NCBI GenBank assembly: GCA_964473825.1
Contig: CAYYQL010000013.1
Span: 6,498 to 66,543 of the forward strand
Source of the DNA: an uncultured archaeon
GTDB taxonomy: Archaea; Asgardarchaeota; Thorarchaeia; Thorarchaeales; Thorarchaeaceae
DNA length: 60,046 nucleotides
Direction of reading: 5' to 3'
In this document: in pieces, positions 1-10,997 of the stretch
Layout of the letters: each line of letters begins with the position of its first letter
Numbering within the stretch: position 1 is the first letter of the stretch
Program-made: the position numbers and the translations under genes
Notes under the pieces: model-generated
Told to the model about the DNA's origin: nothing
What the model saw: only the letters and a program-made list of their open reading frames with translations
Databases searched by the model: none

Positions 1-215
1 TGAACCTCCCAAGAGGGAAATAGGCAGTACACAATCTCGCCTTTTATCAGTGTTGGATTCTGGGGCGCTGTGTGAAAACTCATCAACCATGAAGCATTAT
101 GGTCACAAAGAGCAATGATGCCTTTGAGATTCGTGCACGGTATAGTGTGAATGGTTCTTGTCCTTTCGTCGACTTTTCACACAGAGCCGGATTCTGGAGA
201 TGGCTCAATACACTG

Positions 216-1526
216 CTATTCTGACGACCGGCGGGTGCGAAAAAGGAGAACGCTAATGCCCAACGCCCCTATCAGAACTACTCCGACGAGTGCGATCTGT
301 GTCAAATCTGGTCCGGTGCCCGGAGTTATGTCTGTCGTGGTTGTTCCTGTTCGTTCCGGACCGAACCAGTATATGTTCCCATCGAAAGCAAGCACATAGA
401 GCTCGTTATTTGCATCTGTTCCGAAAGACACAATCTGTAGAGTTGTGTCCAGTATCTCCTCATTTGAGGGTGTAACATTCACGTCATAGGTCAAAGCCCA
501 GACCTTGCCGCTTCCAAAGTCAGCGTAGACATACTCTCCCAGAAGACTGGATGCCTCTGATCCGCGATACACAAAGCCGCCTGTTATCGAGTTGCCCACA
601 TCGTGAGTGTAAGTCCAAATCGGATCAATGAGGCCGGTGGTATTGCATCCGACGGAAGGAGAATAGCATTGATCGCCTTCCATGATGTTCCACCCGTAGT
701 TTCCGCCTTTCTGGATGATGTCAATCTCTTCCACTTCATTCTGACCAACGTCAGCCAACCAGAGCCATTCGGTTTCTGGATCCCAGCTGAATCGCCAAGG
801 ATTCCTCAGGCCGTAAACGTAGATTTCGCCTCGACCTGATTCATCACTAGCAAACGGATTGTCATCAGGAACTCCGTAGTTAAGCCCTGTATCCGGGTTG
901 TCAACATCAATTCGGAGCAGAGCCCCAAGGAGTGTGGAGGTGTCCTGGCCGTTGCCATCAGGATCACCTGCTGAGCCGCCATCCCCCATTGCTATATAGA
1001 GTAGTCCATCCGGACCGAATACAATCTGCCCTCCATTGTGGTTAGCGTATGGTTGCTCTATTTCGATTATCACCGCAGCACTCTCTGCATCCGCCTGATC
1101 CGGATTAGTGTTGCTAACGGAGTACCGCGCAATCACCGTTCTCTTGGGGTCAGACGCAGTGTAGTCAACGAAGAAGTATCCGTTTTCAGTGAAGTTAGGA
1201 TGAAAAGCAAGACCAAGGAGACCTTCTTCTCCTCCCACATCATTGACTTCATCAGTGATATCCAGAAAGACCCCCGATGATTCCACTCCCGGATCGTTGT
1301 CAAAGACGTAGATGATACCGGGCTTGGTAACGATGAAGAGGCGACCTGTTCCGTCTCCTGGCGCCTGCAGGTCGACTGGTTGTGTGAAGCTCAGATTGGG
1401 GAAGGCATTGGTAAGCTGCACTTCCGTTTGGGCAGGTTGGAAGCCCTTTGCCGAACTCCATCCCGCTCCGTTGATCACTAAAAACACTAAAACCAAAAGA
1501 GAAACCCATAACGCTCTTGTCTTCAT
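216..1526 (-). CDS. Secreted, C-terminally anchored PQQ-dependent sugar (glucose/sorbosone) dehydrogenase
   Basis: Motifs GEEGLLGLAFHPNF, NHNGGQIVFGPDG.LYIAMGDGG and YGLRNPWRFSWD; N-terminal signal peptide from MKTRAL (ATG 1526); Thr-rich linker, TM helix and basic tail. Confidence 0.9.
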   Translation of the reverse strand: MKTRALWVSLLVLVFLVINGAGWSSAKGFQPAQTEVQLTNAFPNLSFTQPVDLQAPGDGTGRLFIVTKPGIIYVFDNDPGVESSGVFLDITDEVNDVGGEEGLLGLAFHPNFTENGYFFVDYTASDPKRTVIARYSVSNTNPDQADAESAAVIIEIEQPYANHNGGQIVFGPDGLLYIAMGDGGSAGDPDGNGQDTSTLLGALLRIDVDNPDTGLNYGVPDDNPFASDESGRGEIYVYGLRNPWRFSWDPETEWLWLADVGQNEVEEIDIIQKGGNYGWNIMEGDQCYSPSVGCNTTGLIDPIWTYTHDVGNSITGGFVYRGSEASSLLGEYVYADFGSGKVWALTYDVNVTPSNEEILDTTLQIVSFGTDANNELYVLAFDGNIYWFGPERTGTTTTDITPGTGPDLTQIALVGVVLIGALGISVLLFRTRRSSE

Positions 1527-1655
1527 GATGTTCAAACTCTTAAGTATTGTTAACTCATTGTCCAACTCCTAATTAATCTAATCGTATGCCTACGGGGAAG
1601 ACAGAGTTAGTCATGGTGGCAAGGAATCTTAAGGGCATCAGATGAGACTCAGTAC

Positions 1656-2711
1656 ATGGAACAATGGAGTAACCGCGTAGTCCAAGGCGACTGCCTTGAC
1701 GCAATGAAACGGCTCCGAGAGGATCTTGAGGGTCAGATTCAGCTCATCTACATCGACCCGCCGTTCTTCACCGGCACAGACTACACCCTCAAAGAGAAAT
1801 CAGAGGGAGAGCCCTCCGCAGCACCCAATCTAAGAGAAACCCCCGCCTTCAGTGACAAGTGGGATGGCGGCTTGCAGGAGTATCTGTCGTTTATGAGAGC
1901 ACGTCTGGAACAGATGTATCCACTCTTGAAGGTCACCGGCAGTCTATGGGTACATGTTGATTTTCATGTTGCACACTACCTCAAGGTGATGCTTGACGAG
2001 ATTTTTGGGTATGAGAATTTCATCAATCAGATTGTCTGGAAGAGAACTAACAGTCCAAAATCGCAGAGTACTGGCTTTGGAAACCAACACGATCTGATAC
2101 TCCTCTATGCCAAGGACCATAGGAATTTCGCGACCAAAACGGTCTATCGTGAGCATGACGCCAAGTCTCTGAAGCCATATAGCTACGAGGATGAAACAGG
2201 ACGCTTTCGACTTATTGAGATAGAGGCCCACGGAATCCAGAGAACAGAGGGAAGAAAGCAGTTTGAATGGAGAGGCAGAACAGCACCATATCTCTACTCG
2301 AAGAACACGCTTGAAGAATGGTGGGAAGAGGGCCGAATCTATACGAGTCGGAACGGACGTCATTCTAAGAAGCAGTATCTCTCGGAACGGAAAGGAGTCC
2401 CAGTGTCAGATCTCTGGCTCGACATAGCCCCGATCCAGGGGTCATCGTCTGAATACACCGGATTCACTACACAGAAGCCGCTTGCTCTACTCAGTCGAAT
2501 CATCAAGTGTGCAACTGAACCGGGAGATCTCGTAGCGGATTTCTTCGTAGGATCTGGAACCACATCTCTTGCAGCTGAGAGACTCGGTAGACGTTGGTGG
2601 GTCTCGGATAGCCAACGAGTTGCCATAGATCTTCTACTCAAGAGGTTAAGAGAGACGGAAAGCGCCCAAGAGAGCGAGCACAGATATAGCGTAGTGAACA
2701 TAGACAGGTAG
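1656..2711 (+). CDS. Site-specific DNA amino-methyltransferase (N6-A/N4-C, beta class, Mod-like)
   Basis: Catalytic IYIDPPF precedes TQKP and the SAM-binding DFFVGSGTT. Confidence 0.9.
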   Translation: MEQWSNRVVQGDCLDAMKRLREDLEGQIQLIYIDPPFFTGTDYTLKEKSEGEPSAAPNLRETPAFSDKWDGGLQEYLSFMRARLEQMYPLLKVTGSLWVHVDFHVAHYLKVMLDEIFGYENFINQIVWKRTNSPKSQSTGFGNQHDLILLYAKDHRNFATKTVYREHDAKSLKPYSYEDETGRFRLIEIEAHGIQRTEGRKQFEWRGRTAPYLYSKNTLEEWWEEGRIYTSRNGRHSKKQYLSERKGVPVSDLWLDIAPIQGSSSEYTGFTTQKPLALLSRIIKCATEPGDLVADFFVGSGTTSLAAERLGRRWWVSDSQRVAIDLLLKRLRETESAQESEHRYSVVNIDR

Positions 2712-2727
2712 GACACGGCGACAGAAG

Positions 2728-4035
2728 ATGAAGCAAGACGAGGAAGGCACCGAGCGACGTTTTGAAGAGGGCGAGACTGTAGCAAAGGTCTCCATCTTAG
2801 CTATGCTCTGTTTGACGGTGCTCAAAGGATTCATTGGCTGGCACTATAACAGTGTGGCACTCTGGGCCGACGCAGTCAACTCATTTTCAGACATCTTTGG
2901 CTCAGCACTCGTCTTATCGGGGCTGCATCTCACAGGAAGAAAACCAAGCGACAGATTTCCCTATGGATATTACCGTGCAGAGAATCTGGCATCCTTCATT
3001 GTCTCCCTCATGGTGATCTTCTCTGGGGCCGAGATAATCTGGGAATCTGCTAGAACCTTGATTCAACCCGTGGAGATTGTAGGGAGTATTCTTCCACTGG
3101 CAGCAGCAGCAATTTCCGCATGTACATACTACATACTTGCTCGGTACAAGGAGTCTGTTGGTGAGAGAATCGGTAGCCAGAGCCTCGTCGCCGATAGCAA
3201 ACACTCCCAAGCAGACGTATATGCGAGCATGTTGGTCTTTGCCGGCATTGGGCTTTCGATCTTGGGCATGGGCATCATCGAGGTGGCCGTTGCTCTTCTC
3301 GTTGGCATCTATGTTGTGAAGGAAGGACTCGAGATTGCTAGGGGGTCTGTGCTGACCCTGATGGATGCTTCGCCCTATCCTGACAAGAGTGAGGAGATGA
3401 AGGAGGTCGCAAAGGAGATTCCCGGTGTTCTCGATATACATGATATGCGCCTGCGGCAGGCAGGGCCGGTGATCTTTGCGGAGGCACATATCACGGTCGT
3501 CAAGAACCTCTCGATTGAAGAGGCACATGCTCTCGCTGATAGGATTGAGAAGGAACTCATGAGGGTCGTCCCGGATCTCGAAACTGTCACGATACACATG
3601 GACCCGGAAGAGAGTCACACTCTTCGGGTGGCGGTACCTGTTGAGGCGGATGAAGGGAAATATTCGAGAGTATTGAGACACTTCGGCAGAATTCCTGCAT
3701 TTGGCGTCGCAGACCTAGAGGATGGGGAGATCAACAACCTACACTTAGTGCATAACCCGGGACACGAGGTGGATCGGAGGAGAGGAGTGAAGACAGTCGA
3801 AATCCTCTCTGAAGAGAATGTCGACGCGGTTGTCGTTGGCGATATCGGGCGGTCGCCATTCGACATGCTCAGAGGACGTTTCATCACCATATTTCGTCTG
3901 CCCGATGACGGGACAAATCTGGAAGCGGTTCTCAACATGGTGGCGAATGATGAGCTAGACAGAATGGTTGAGCCTCCGGAATCCAGAGGAGAAGGACACA
4001 ATGACGCTCAGAAAGGTGTGAAGGGCAATGACTAG
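2728..4035 (+). CDS. Cation diffusion facilitator transporter with C-terminal NifB/NifX-like domain
   Basis: ALWADAVNSFSD, FPYGYYRAE, ADSKHSQAD and dimerisation domain (TIHMDP), followed by a VAVP...HFGR...DAVVVGDIG domain. Confidence 0.88.
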   Translation: MKQDEEGTERRFEEGETVAKVSILAMLCLTVLKGFIGWHYNSVALWADAVNSFSDIFGSALVLSGLHLTGRKPSDRFPYGYYRAENLASFIVSLMVIFSGAEIIWESARTLIQPVEIVGSILPLAAAAISACTYYILARYKESVGERIGSQSLVADSKHSQADVYASMLVFAGIGLSILGMGIIEVAVALLVGIYVVKEGLEIARGSVLTLMDASPYPDKSEEMKEVAKEIPGVLDIHDMRLRQAGPVIFAEAHITVVKNLSIEEAHALADRIEKELMRVVPDLETVTIHMDPEESHTLRVAVPVEADEGKYSRVLRHFGRIPAFGVADLEDGEINNLHLVHNPGHEVDRRRGVKTVEILSEENVDAVVVGDIGRSPFDMLRGRFITIFRLPDDGTNLEAVLNMVANDELDRMVEPPESRGEGHNDAQKGVKGND

Positions 4036-4507
4036 GATTCCTGGAGATCGAGGGGATCTTGTCAAGTTAGGGCTTGGAGCAAAGAATTGGCTGCTCTCGC
4101 AAATAGTGGACGATGAGGATGCAATGGCTTCGATGCCTCCCGAAGGAGGACGGTCTGCTTCCGAGATTGTAGATCACGTCGTGTGGGTTGTAAGTGTTGT
4201 TGTCTCAGCTTTAGCAGATGGGCAGGGAATTCAACTTGAAGAGCAGACAAGAATTGACGATACGGATAATCGATACGAGCGACTGAAGACCGAACTAGAT
4301 GAGGCCTACAACCTCTTCATAGCGCTGGTGTCCGGACTCGAGGAAGATGACCTGGAGAAGACTGTAACATTACCACCACCATCACGAGTGAGAGAAGGTA
4401 CCGTAGAGCGAGTGCTCAGAATCATGATGGGATATCACACAGTTCACCATGCAGGGCAGGTAGCGATGATTCTCAGAAGAGCAAGAGAGGACTTGGCAGG
4501 AGAGTAG
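4028..4507 (+). CDS. DinB/YfiT family protein
   Basis: SASEIVDHV and HTVHHAGQ metal-binding His pattern. Confidence 0.8.
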   Translation: MTRIPGDRGDLVKLGLGAKNWLLSQIVDDEDAMASMPPEGGRSASEIVDHVVWVVSVVVSALADGQGIQLEEQTRIDDTDNRYERLKTELDEAYNLFIALVSGLEEDDLEKTVTLPPPSRVREGTVERVLRIMMGYHTVHHAGQVAMILRRAREDLAGE

Positions 4508-4518
4508 AGCCAGGTCAT

Positions 4519-5256
4519 CTATTCCTCGTGATTCTTGATCTTTCGGATGGCACCGCCAGGGGCAACGCCCTTCGGACATGCTCGAACACAGTTCATGATG
4601 AGCTCGCACAGCGGTGCACCATTTGGCTGGAGAGCATCTTTGAGATACCGTTCAGGATTAGGTGTGCGCGAATCATCATAGAACCGCCAAGCCTTAGCAA
4701 GAGCAGCAGGTCCCAAGTATTCTGAATTCTCGTGATTGATGGGACATGAGCCATAGCATAGAGCACACATGATGCAGTTCAGGTACCGCCGTATCTTATC
4801 TCGCTCATCGGGTGTCTGATTCCTTGCCTCTTCATCCTCTACGGGTTCAGCCCAGAGGCGTAGCTCCTCCAGAGCCGCATAGAACGCAGTCATGTCTACT
4901 ACGAGATCATTCAGGATAGGAAGATTTGGCAAGGGCTCGACAAGTATCTCTGTTTCAGGATTCCATCCCTCAGGCGTTTTTGTGATTGGAGGGAAATCTT
5001 GGAGATTCATCGATTCTTCCATGACAGCAGCAAGTTGTGTCCTACAGGCCAGACGTGGCATTTTGTTGATTAGCATCCCACAGCTGCCGCAGACTGCACC
5101 GCGGCAAGAATAACGAAATGAAAGGGAGGGGTCCATCTTGTCTTGAATCTGGAACAGAGCATCTAGGACGCTCATTCCCTTCTCAGCCTGTACTTTGTAG
5201 AGATCATAGTGCGTTATCTTGCCGCCTTTACGACTTCTGGCAATCCTCAGAATCAT
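4519..5256 (-). CDS. sdhB: Succinate dehydrogenase/fumarate reductase iron-sulfur subunit
   Basis: SCRGAVCGSC...LAC (2Fe-2S), CIMCALCYGSCP and CELIMNCVRACP; TGATG overlap with the upstream gene. Confidence 0.93.
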   Translation of the reverse strand: MILRIARSRKGGKITHYDLYKVQAEKGMSVLDALFQIQDKMDPSLSFRYSCRGAVCGSCGMLINKMPRLACRTQLAAVMEESMNLQDFPPITKTPEGWNPETEILVEPLPNLPILNDLVVDMTAFYAALEELRLWAEPVEDEEARNQTPDERDKIRRYLNCIMCALCYGSCPINHENSEYLGPAALAKAWRFYDDSRTPNPERYLKDALQPNGAPLCELIMNCVRACPKGVAPGGAIRKIKNHEE

Positions 5257-6935
5257 CAATAACTCCGCTCCTTAACCTCGAACTGACCGAGTGTCACTGG
5301 TGAGTATGACACTTTCAGTTCATCGTCTTCTTTAGCCACAAGAGTGTGGCTCAGATAGTCATCATCATTTCTTTCGGGATAGTCCTCTCTCCAGTGAGCA
5401 CCTCGGCTCTCTTGCCTGTGTAGTGCACCTAGCACAATCACCTCAGCAACATCGAGCATATTCTTGAGTTCCAAAGCGCGGATGAGTGCATAATTGAAGC
5501 GTTCATCAGTCTCTCCCAAGGCTGCCTTCTTGAACCGCTGTCTGAGATCACGTATCTCGACCAATGCCTCCTGCAAATCGTTCTCGTTCCTAAAGACACC
5601 TGCCTTCTCATCCATCAATGCATTCATCTCGATTCTCACTCTAGACATGAGTTCACCCTCCTCCCGCATCACGAGGCTCTGAAGGTCCTGTCGTATCTCA
5701 AACACCGCCTCGTCCACCTCTTCTTTAGACCTGTCGGGCTTTCCATTGAGGTATCTCGCAACACGTCTGCCAACTACCCTTCCGAAGACTAGGGTCTCTA
5801 GAAGGGAGTTCCCTCCCAGTCTATTTGCCCCGTGAACACTCATACACGATGTCTCCCCAACCGCAAAGAGTCCGGGTAGTTTAGTAACACCCTCTCCATC
5901 ACAGTCTATGCCCCCCATAGAATAATGCTGTCCGGGCTGAACAGGTATTGGCTCCTCGATGGGATCCAAGCCTGCGAAATGAATGCATATCTCGCGAATC
6001 CCGGGAAGCCGCTCCTTGATTTTCTCTTCACCCAGATGTACTATATCGAGGTGGATATATTCATCCTCAATTCCTCGTCCTTCGCGTATCTCGGTGCGTA
6101 TTGCCCTAGCCACAATATCTCGGGGGGCGAGCTCCATCTGGTCCGGGGCATAGTCTTCCATGAATCGCTTGCCCTCGGAATTCTTCAGATAACCGCCCTC
6201 ACCTCTTGCACCTTCGGTCATCAGAATATTGGAACCAAACAGTGTTGTTGGGTGAAACTGAACGAACTCCATGTCTTTGAGCGGGACACCTGCATTTAGC
6301 GCTAGTGCACAGCCGTCCCCGGTGTTTATGATTGCATTAGTCGATTTCCCAAAGACTCGTCCGAAGCCACCAGTCGCAAGAACCACTGCACGAGAGCAGA
6401 AACCATCAACGTGTCCCGTGGAGAGATCAAACGCTGTGACTCCACAGATGCCGTCTGAACCGGTCACGAATGATGTCACAAACCACTCCAAGTACATCTT
6501 CACACCCTTTCGCATTGCCTGCTCGAATGTCGTGTGTAGGAGGTTGTGTCCGGTGCGATCAGCCGCATAACAGGTTCGTGGGAACATTGCTCCGCCAAAG
6601 GGTCTCTGAGCCAAGGCGCCGTCATCCTTTCTCGAGAAAGCAGTCCCCCACTGCTCATTCTCAATAACTGCCAAGGGGGCGTTCTTTGTCAGTATCTCAA
6701 CAGCATCTTGGTCTGCGAGATAGTCAGCGCCCTTCACGGTATCGAAAGCGTGTGACTCCCAAGAGTCATCTTCGCTCAGAGAGGCATTGATTCCGCCTTG
6801 TGCAGCCACTGAGTGGGACCGCAAAGGATGTACCTTTGTGAGAATTGCAACATCATAATCATCAGAAAGCTCAATCGCGGTTCTGAGTCCTGAAAGTCCC
6901 GCTCCAACAATCAGAACCTCGTGCTCGTACACCAA
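5256..6935 (-). CDS. sdhA: Succinate dehydrogenase/fumarate reductase flavoprotein subunit
   Basis: [16 protein letters not shown] (covalent FAD His), [31 protein letters not shown]. Confidence 0.95.
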   Translation of the reverse strand: MVYEHEVLIVGAGLSGLRTAIELSDDYDVAILTKVHPLRSHSVAAQGGINASLSEDDSWESHAFDTVKGADYLADQDAVEILTKNAPLAVIENEQWGTAFSRKDDGALAQRPFGGAMFPRTCYAADRTGHNLLHTTFEQAMRKGVKMYLEWFVTSFVTGSDGICGVTAFDLSTGHVDGFCSRAVVLATGGFGRVFGKSTNAIINTGDGCALALNAGVPLKDMEFVQFHPTTLFGSNILMTEGARGEGGYLKNSEGKRFMEDYAPDQMELAPRDIVARAIRTEIREGRGIEDEYIHLDIVHLGEEKIKERLPGIREICIHFAGLDPIEEPIPVQPGQHYSMGGIDCDGEGVTKLPGLFAVGETSCMSVHGANRLGGNSLLETLVFGRVVGRRVARYLNGKPDRSKEEVDEAVFEIRQDLQSLVMREEGELMSRVRIEMNALMDEKAGVFRNENDLQEALVEIRDLRQRFKKAALGETDERFNYALIRALELKNMLDVAEVIVLGALHRQESRGAHWREDYPERNDDDYLSHTLVAKEDDELKVSYSPVTLGQFEVKERSY

Positions 6936-7009
6936 TCGTATAGCCTCCGGGACCGAACTCCAACTAGACTCACGGAGTGGTCATGGAAACCTAAGGGCGG
7001 AAGATACTC

Positions 7010-8428
7010 TTAAACCATCTTCTTCGGGTCCAGGAGATCATCGAGACCCTCGATGTCAAGAGCCATGTCTTCGACAGTCTCCCTGATAGTCTTTCCCGAC
7101 TGAAATGCCTGTTTAGCAATCTCCGAGGCCTTATCATATCCCACAACAGGCGAGAGCCGCGTCACTATCATGAGACTCTCATTCAGTTGCTCTCTAATGT
7201 GTTCCACATTTGGTTCGAGGTCCTCCAATAGGTTGGCGGCAAAGGATCCTAGTCCTCCCGCCAGAATGTGGATCGAATCCAGAATGGTGACGACCATTAG
7301 CGGCTTCGTTACATTCAGGTCTAGCACACTTCCGTATGCCTCCGCCTGAGCAATGGTCGCATCATTCCCAAGAACACGAATGCAGACTTGGATTAGTGCC
7401 TCCGCCTGAGTCGGATTCACCTTACCAGGCATGATGGAAGAACCAGGTTCATTGGCAGGTATCTTCAGCTCGGAGAGACCCGCTCTTGGTCCAGTCCCCA
7501 TCCAACGTATGTCATTTGCCATCTTCAACGCTGCAAGCGCAAGACTGCGCAACGCCGAGCTAAGTCCAACGATTTTACTGTGAGAGGCGATGCTCTCTGC
7601 CTTGAGTGGATTGGACCTAAGAGGAAGGCCAGTCATCTTAGACAGTTCTTTGACGACTTCCTCTGCAAAACCGTCGCGTGAGTTGAGGCCAGTACCGACA
7701 GCCGTGCCTCCGATGGGCAGCTCCATCAGTTCGTCCGCAGCCTTCTGAATCTGAATTAACGACGATTCTACCTGTCTTCTGTAGACTTTGAACTCGGTCG
7801 AAAGGGGTATTGGAACGGCATCTTGGAGATGCGTTCGGCCAACCTTCACAATGTCTTTGAAGTCCTCAATCTTCTGATCCAAGGTCTCAAGAAGCTCGTC
7901 AACCGTTGGCACAAGCTCTGATCTAATAGCCTCGATTGCCGTCAGATGCATCGCGGTCGGGATCACATCATTTGACGACTGCCCCATGTTTACATGGTCA
8001 TTGGGATGTACGGGACTCTTCTTGCCCAATTTGTGGCCAAGCAGTTCGTTGGCCCTGTTTGCTAACACCTCATTCATGTTCATATTGGTCTGAGTACCAG
8101 ATCCTGTCTGATAGACATCGACAGGAAACTGATTCAGATGCTTACCCTCTCGGAGAATCTCCTCTATGGCCTGCATTACGGCCTCTGACAGGTCCTCAGA
8201 TAAGGCTCCAGCATCTGCATTAGCTACCAAGCAGGCCCGCTTCACCTTTGCCAAAGACACTATGAACTCTGAGGGTATCCTCTGGTTGCTAATCTGGAAG
8301 TTGTTGATAGCTCGCTGAGTGGTCGCGCCCCAGTAGGCGTCTGCCGGAACCTCGATCTTCCCTAAGGAGTCCTCCTCTGTCCGTGTTTTCTCTCTCATCT
8401 TGAGGTCCTCCTGTCCATTGATTCTCAT
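7010..8428 (-). CDS. fumC: Class II fumarate hydratase
   Basis: GSSIMPGKVNP signature, QTGSGTQTNMN, GRTHLQDAVP; start either 8428 (ATGA overlap) or 8398. Confidence 0.92.
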   Translation of the reverse strand: MRINGQEDLKMREKTRTEEDSLGKIEVPADAYWGATTQRAINNFQISNQRIPSEFIVSLAKVKRACLVANADAGALSEDLSEAVMQAIEEILREGKHLNQFPVDVYQTGSGTQTNMNMNEVLANRANELLGHKLGKKSPVHPNDHVNMGQSSNDVIPTAMHLTAIEAIRSELVPTVDELLETLDQKIEDFKDIVKVGRTHLQDAVPIPLSTEFKVYRRQVESSLIQIQKAADELMELPIGGTAVGTGLNSRDGFAEEVVKELSKMTGLPLRSNPLKAESIASHSKIVGLSSALRSLALAALKMANDIRWMGTGPRAGLSELKIPANEPGSSIMPGKVNPTQAEALIQVCIRVLGNDATIAQAEAYGSVLDLNVTKPLMVVTILDSIHILAGGLGSFAANLLEDLEPNVEHIREQLNESLMIVTRLSPVVGYDKASEIAKQAFQSGKTIRETVEDMALDIEGLDDLLDPKKMV

Positions 8429-9291
8429 ATCAGCATATCATCGATGAGATTCTGTAGGTCTTCGGGGTCGGATTCATGGTCATACAACCCACCCGCATCC
8501 GGTAAGTAGAGGTCATCCCGCAAGGTACGTCGCTCTTCCGTGTAGAAGACGCCCATCGGAATCTTCTCCCCCCACTCGAAGGCAAGCTGAATGGCCTTCA
8601 TCTTGTCAGAGGGGTCGTGTTCGTCTTTGGAAATTGCGTACACTCTTTCGTTGAAGAAATCCCACGTCCATACTTTGTTGAAGACAACGCAGGGTTGAAG
8701 TATCTCAACCACCGCGAAACCCTCGTGCCCTATCGCTTGCACCATTGTATCAGTGAGATGTTTCATATCTCCAGAAAATGATCTGGCGGCGAACGTAGCT
8801 CCACCCACGATTGCTTGAGCCAAGGGATTGACTGGTTCCATCGGAACACCTGAAGGCGCAGGGGATGTCTGGGTCACCTGACCGTGAGGCGTGGTCGGCG
8901 AATACTGACCTTTAGTCAACCCATAGATGCCGTTGTTGTGGATGAAAACAGTGAGATCGACGTTTCTCCTTGCGCCATGTAAGAGATGGCCAAGACCCTC
9001 TCCTAGAAGGTCCCCATCCCCGCCATGTATTATCACATGGAGGTTGGGGTTAGAAATCGCCGCCCCGGTTGCAATAGGGACTGCTCTTCCATGTAGAGTA
9101 TGGAAGCCATTTAGATTGATGAAATGAGGCGTCTTACCCGATTGACCGATTCCAGATACTAAGAAGAAGTTGTGAGCCGGTTCCCCCAGCTCCACGACAA
9201 CCTTCTTCAATGCCCGAAGAATTCCAAAATTGCCGCAGCCCGGACACCACTGGTTTTCCATAGGCGCCTGCAAGTCCTTCATCTCGACCAT
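8425..9291 (-). CDS. 2-oxoacid:ferredoxin oxidoreductase beta subunit
   Basis: WCPGCG, GDGD TPP-binding motif, NNGIYGLTKGQ.SPT; TGATG overlap with alpha. Confidence 0.93.
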   Translation of the reverse strand: MVEMKDLQAPMENQWCPGCGNFGILRALKKVVVELGEPAHNFFLVSGIGQSGKTPHFINLNGFHTLHGRAVPIATGAAISNPNLHVIIHGGDGDLLGEGLGHLLHGARRNVDLTVFIHNNGIYGLTKGQYSPTTPHGQVTQTSPAPSGVPMEPVNPLAQAIVGGATFAARSFSGDMKHLTDTMVQAIGHEGFAVVEILQPCVVFNKVWTWDFFNERVYAISKDEHDPSDKMKAIQLAFEWGEKIPMGVFYTEERRTLRDDLYLPDAGGLYDHESDPEDLQNLIDDMLI

Positions 9292-10997
9292 CAGAACCCA
9301 GCCTCCTTTAGAGTCGAACGTAGCCACTGCGGTGACATGGGTCTCCCGTCGTACTTGGTGACCCTGTGGGCCACGGACAAGCCTGTTTCCATCTGGACCA
9401 AGTTAGCAAACTGCCCAGTCGCATTCTGTTCAACTGCTATCACTGCCTCTGATTCCTCAAAAACAGACCTCAGCTCGTCAGTTCTGAGTGGATATATGTC
9501 GCTGAAGTGCAGCTGTCGATATCTCGACTCACTCTGAGTTTCTACCATCTCCCTCACCGCCCCCCAGGTACTCCCCCAGGAGAGGAGGGTAATCGGTGCG
9601 TCAGAGGGACCGAAGTAGACGGGAGGTTGCAGAGCCTCGAGGATCATTGGGAGTTTCTTGAACCGTTTCTCCACCATCTTGTTGCGGTTCTCAGGATCTT
9701 CGCTGATATGGCCGGCTTCGTCATGCGTGTTACCCGTCGACACGACAGTGATTCCCTCTTGACCCGGAAATGCTCGGGGAGAAATCCCATCATCAGTGAA
9801 AACATGGCGCTTGTAATCGTGCCCCAGAGACTCAGCCAGCTTCCCTCTATCTATGGATATCTCAGAGCCATTGAATCGTCCGACATTCTTGACGGAATCA
9901 GCCAGATGTTGATCGCCCAGAATCATGACTGGAACCTGAAACTTGTCTGCCAGATTGAATGCGCGAGCAGTGAGGTAAAAAGCCTCAGTCGGGTCCCTCG
10001 GAGCTAGTATAACCCGTGGGAATTCTCCCTGGCTCGCAAAGGTCATGAAGAGCAGATCTCCCTGCTCTGTACGGGTTGGTAGTCCAGTGCTCGGGCCGGG
10101 TCTCTGAGCGTTGTAGATGACTACGGGGGTCTCGCTCATTGCTGAGAGTCCGAGAGACTCCACCATCAAGGAGAACCCTCCTCCCGAGGTCGTGACCATA
10201 GATCTTGCCCCGACGAAAGAAGCACCAATCGCCATACATAGTCCTGCGATCTCATCCTCTGACTGCATGGCAGCCACTTTGAAACGCTTTGCATGCTTCA
10301 CAATCTCAACGAAGACCGATGTAGAAGGACTCATAGGATACGAGGAAATCCACTTCAGGTTCGCAGCAAGAGCTCCAAGTGCAATGCCCTGATTCCCTGT
10401 TATGAGAAGCTTATCTTGGGATGGCCCCTTCTGGAGTTCGGCCATATTCTCCGTGCATTCTCTGTCGAAGTAGTCCTTAGTGTAGTCGTATGCTGCTCTG
10501 GCGACATCCAAATTTGACTCTACAATCTTCTCACCCTTCTTCTTGAAGATGTCCGAGATCACTTCTCCGGCTAGATGCAGGGGAGAATTGAGAAGGGATA
10601 GAAGCGCACCCAGAGCTGCGACATTCATCATCTTGTCGCTGCCGCCCACCTCTCTAGCAATCTCTTCAAGAGGGACGGAAAAATGACACTGATCCGGTTC
10701 GTCGACCCCTATCGATTTGTCAAAGATGATGACTCCGTTCTCTTTTAGATACTCCCGACGATTGACAACGGCGTCCTTGGTAAGGGCAATTACGGCATCG
10801 ATCTCATCATTATGGACATGAACTGGTTTATCCGAAACTCGAATCTGAGTGAAGTTGTAGCCGCCACGGACTCGGGAGCGATAGTCCTTGATCGTAAAAG
10901 TATAGAATCCCGCCTTGACAAAGACCTGAGCCAGAAGGTCACCGATCGTGTCGATTCCCTGACCAGCCGCGCCACCTATGTTGAATGATACGTCCAT
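9291..10997 (-). CDS. 2-oxoacid:ferredoxin oxidoreductase alpha subunit (gamma-alpha fusion)
   Basis: GGAAGQG, YPMSPS, QSEDEI, TSGGGFSLM, QRPGPSTGLPT. Confidence 0.93.
   Translation of the reverse strand: MDVSFNIGGAAGQGIDTIGDLLAQVFVKAGFYTFTIKDYRSRVRGGYNFTQIRVSDKPVHVHNDEIDAVIALTKDAVVNRREYLKENGVIIFDKSIGVDEPDQCHFSVPLEEIAREVGGSDKMMNVAALGALLSLLNSPLHLAGEVISDIFKKKGEKIVESNLDVARAAYDYTKDYFDRECTENMAELQKGPSQDKLLITGNQGIALGALAANLKWISSYPMSPSTSVFVEIVKHAKRFKVAAMQSEDEIAGLCMAIGASFVGARSMVTTSGGGFSLMVESLGLSAMSETPVVIYNAQRPGPSTGLPTRTEQGDLLFMTFASQGEFPRVILAPRDPTEAFYLTARAFNLADKFQVPVMILGDQHLADSVKNVGRFNGSEISIDRGKLAESLGHDYKRHVFTDDGISPRAFPGQEGITVVSTGNTHDEAGHISEDPENRNKMVEKRFKKLPMILEALQPPVYFGPSDAPITLLSWGSTWGAVREMVETQSESRYRQLHFSDIYPLRTDELRSVFEESEAVIAVEQNATGQFANLVQMETGLSVAHRVTKYDGRPMSPQWLRSTLKEAGF

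Noticed and set aside
1-90. Possible start of a minus-strand CDS running off the window (ATG at 90)
   Set aside because: Only 30 codons are visible, with no recognisable motif
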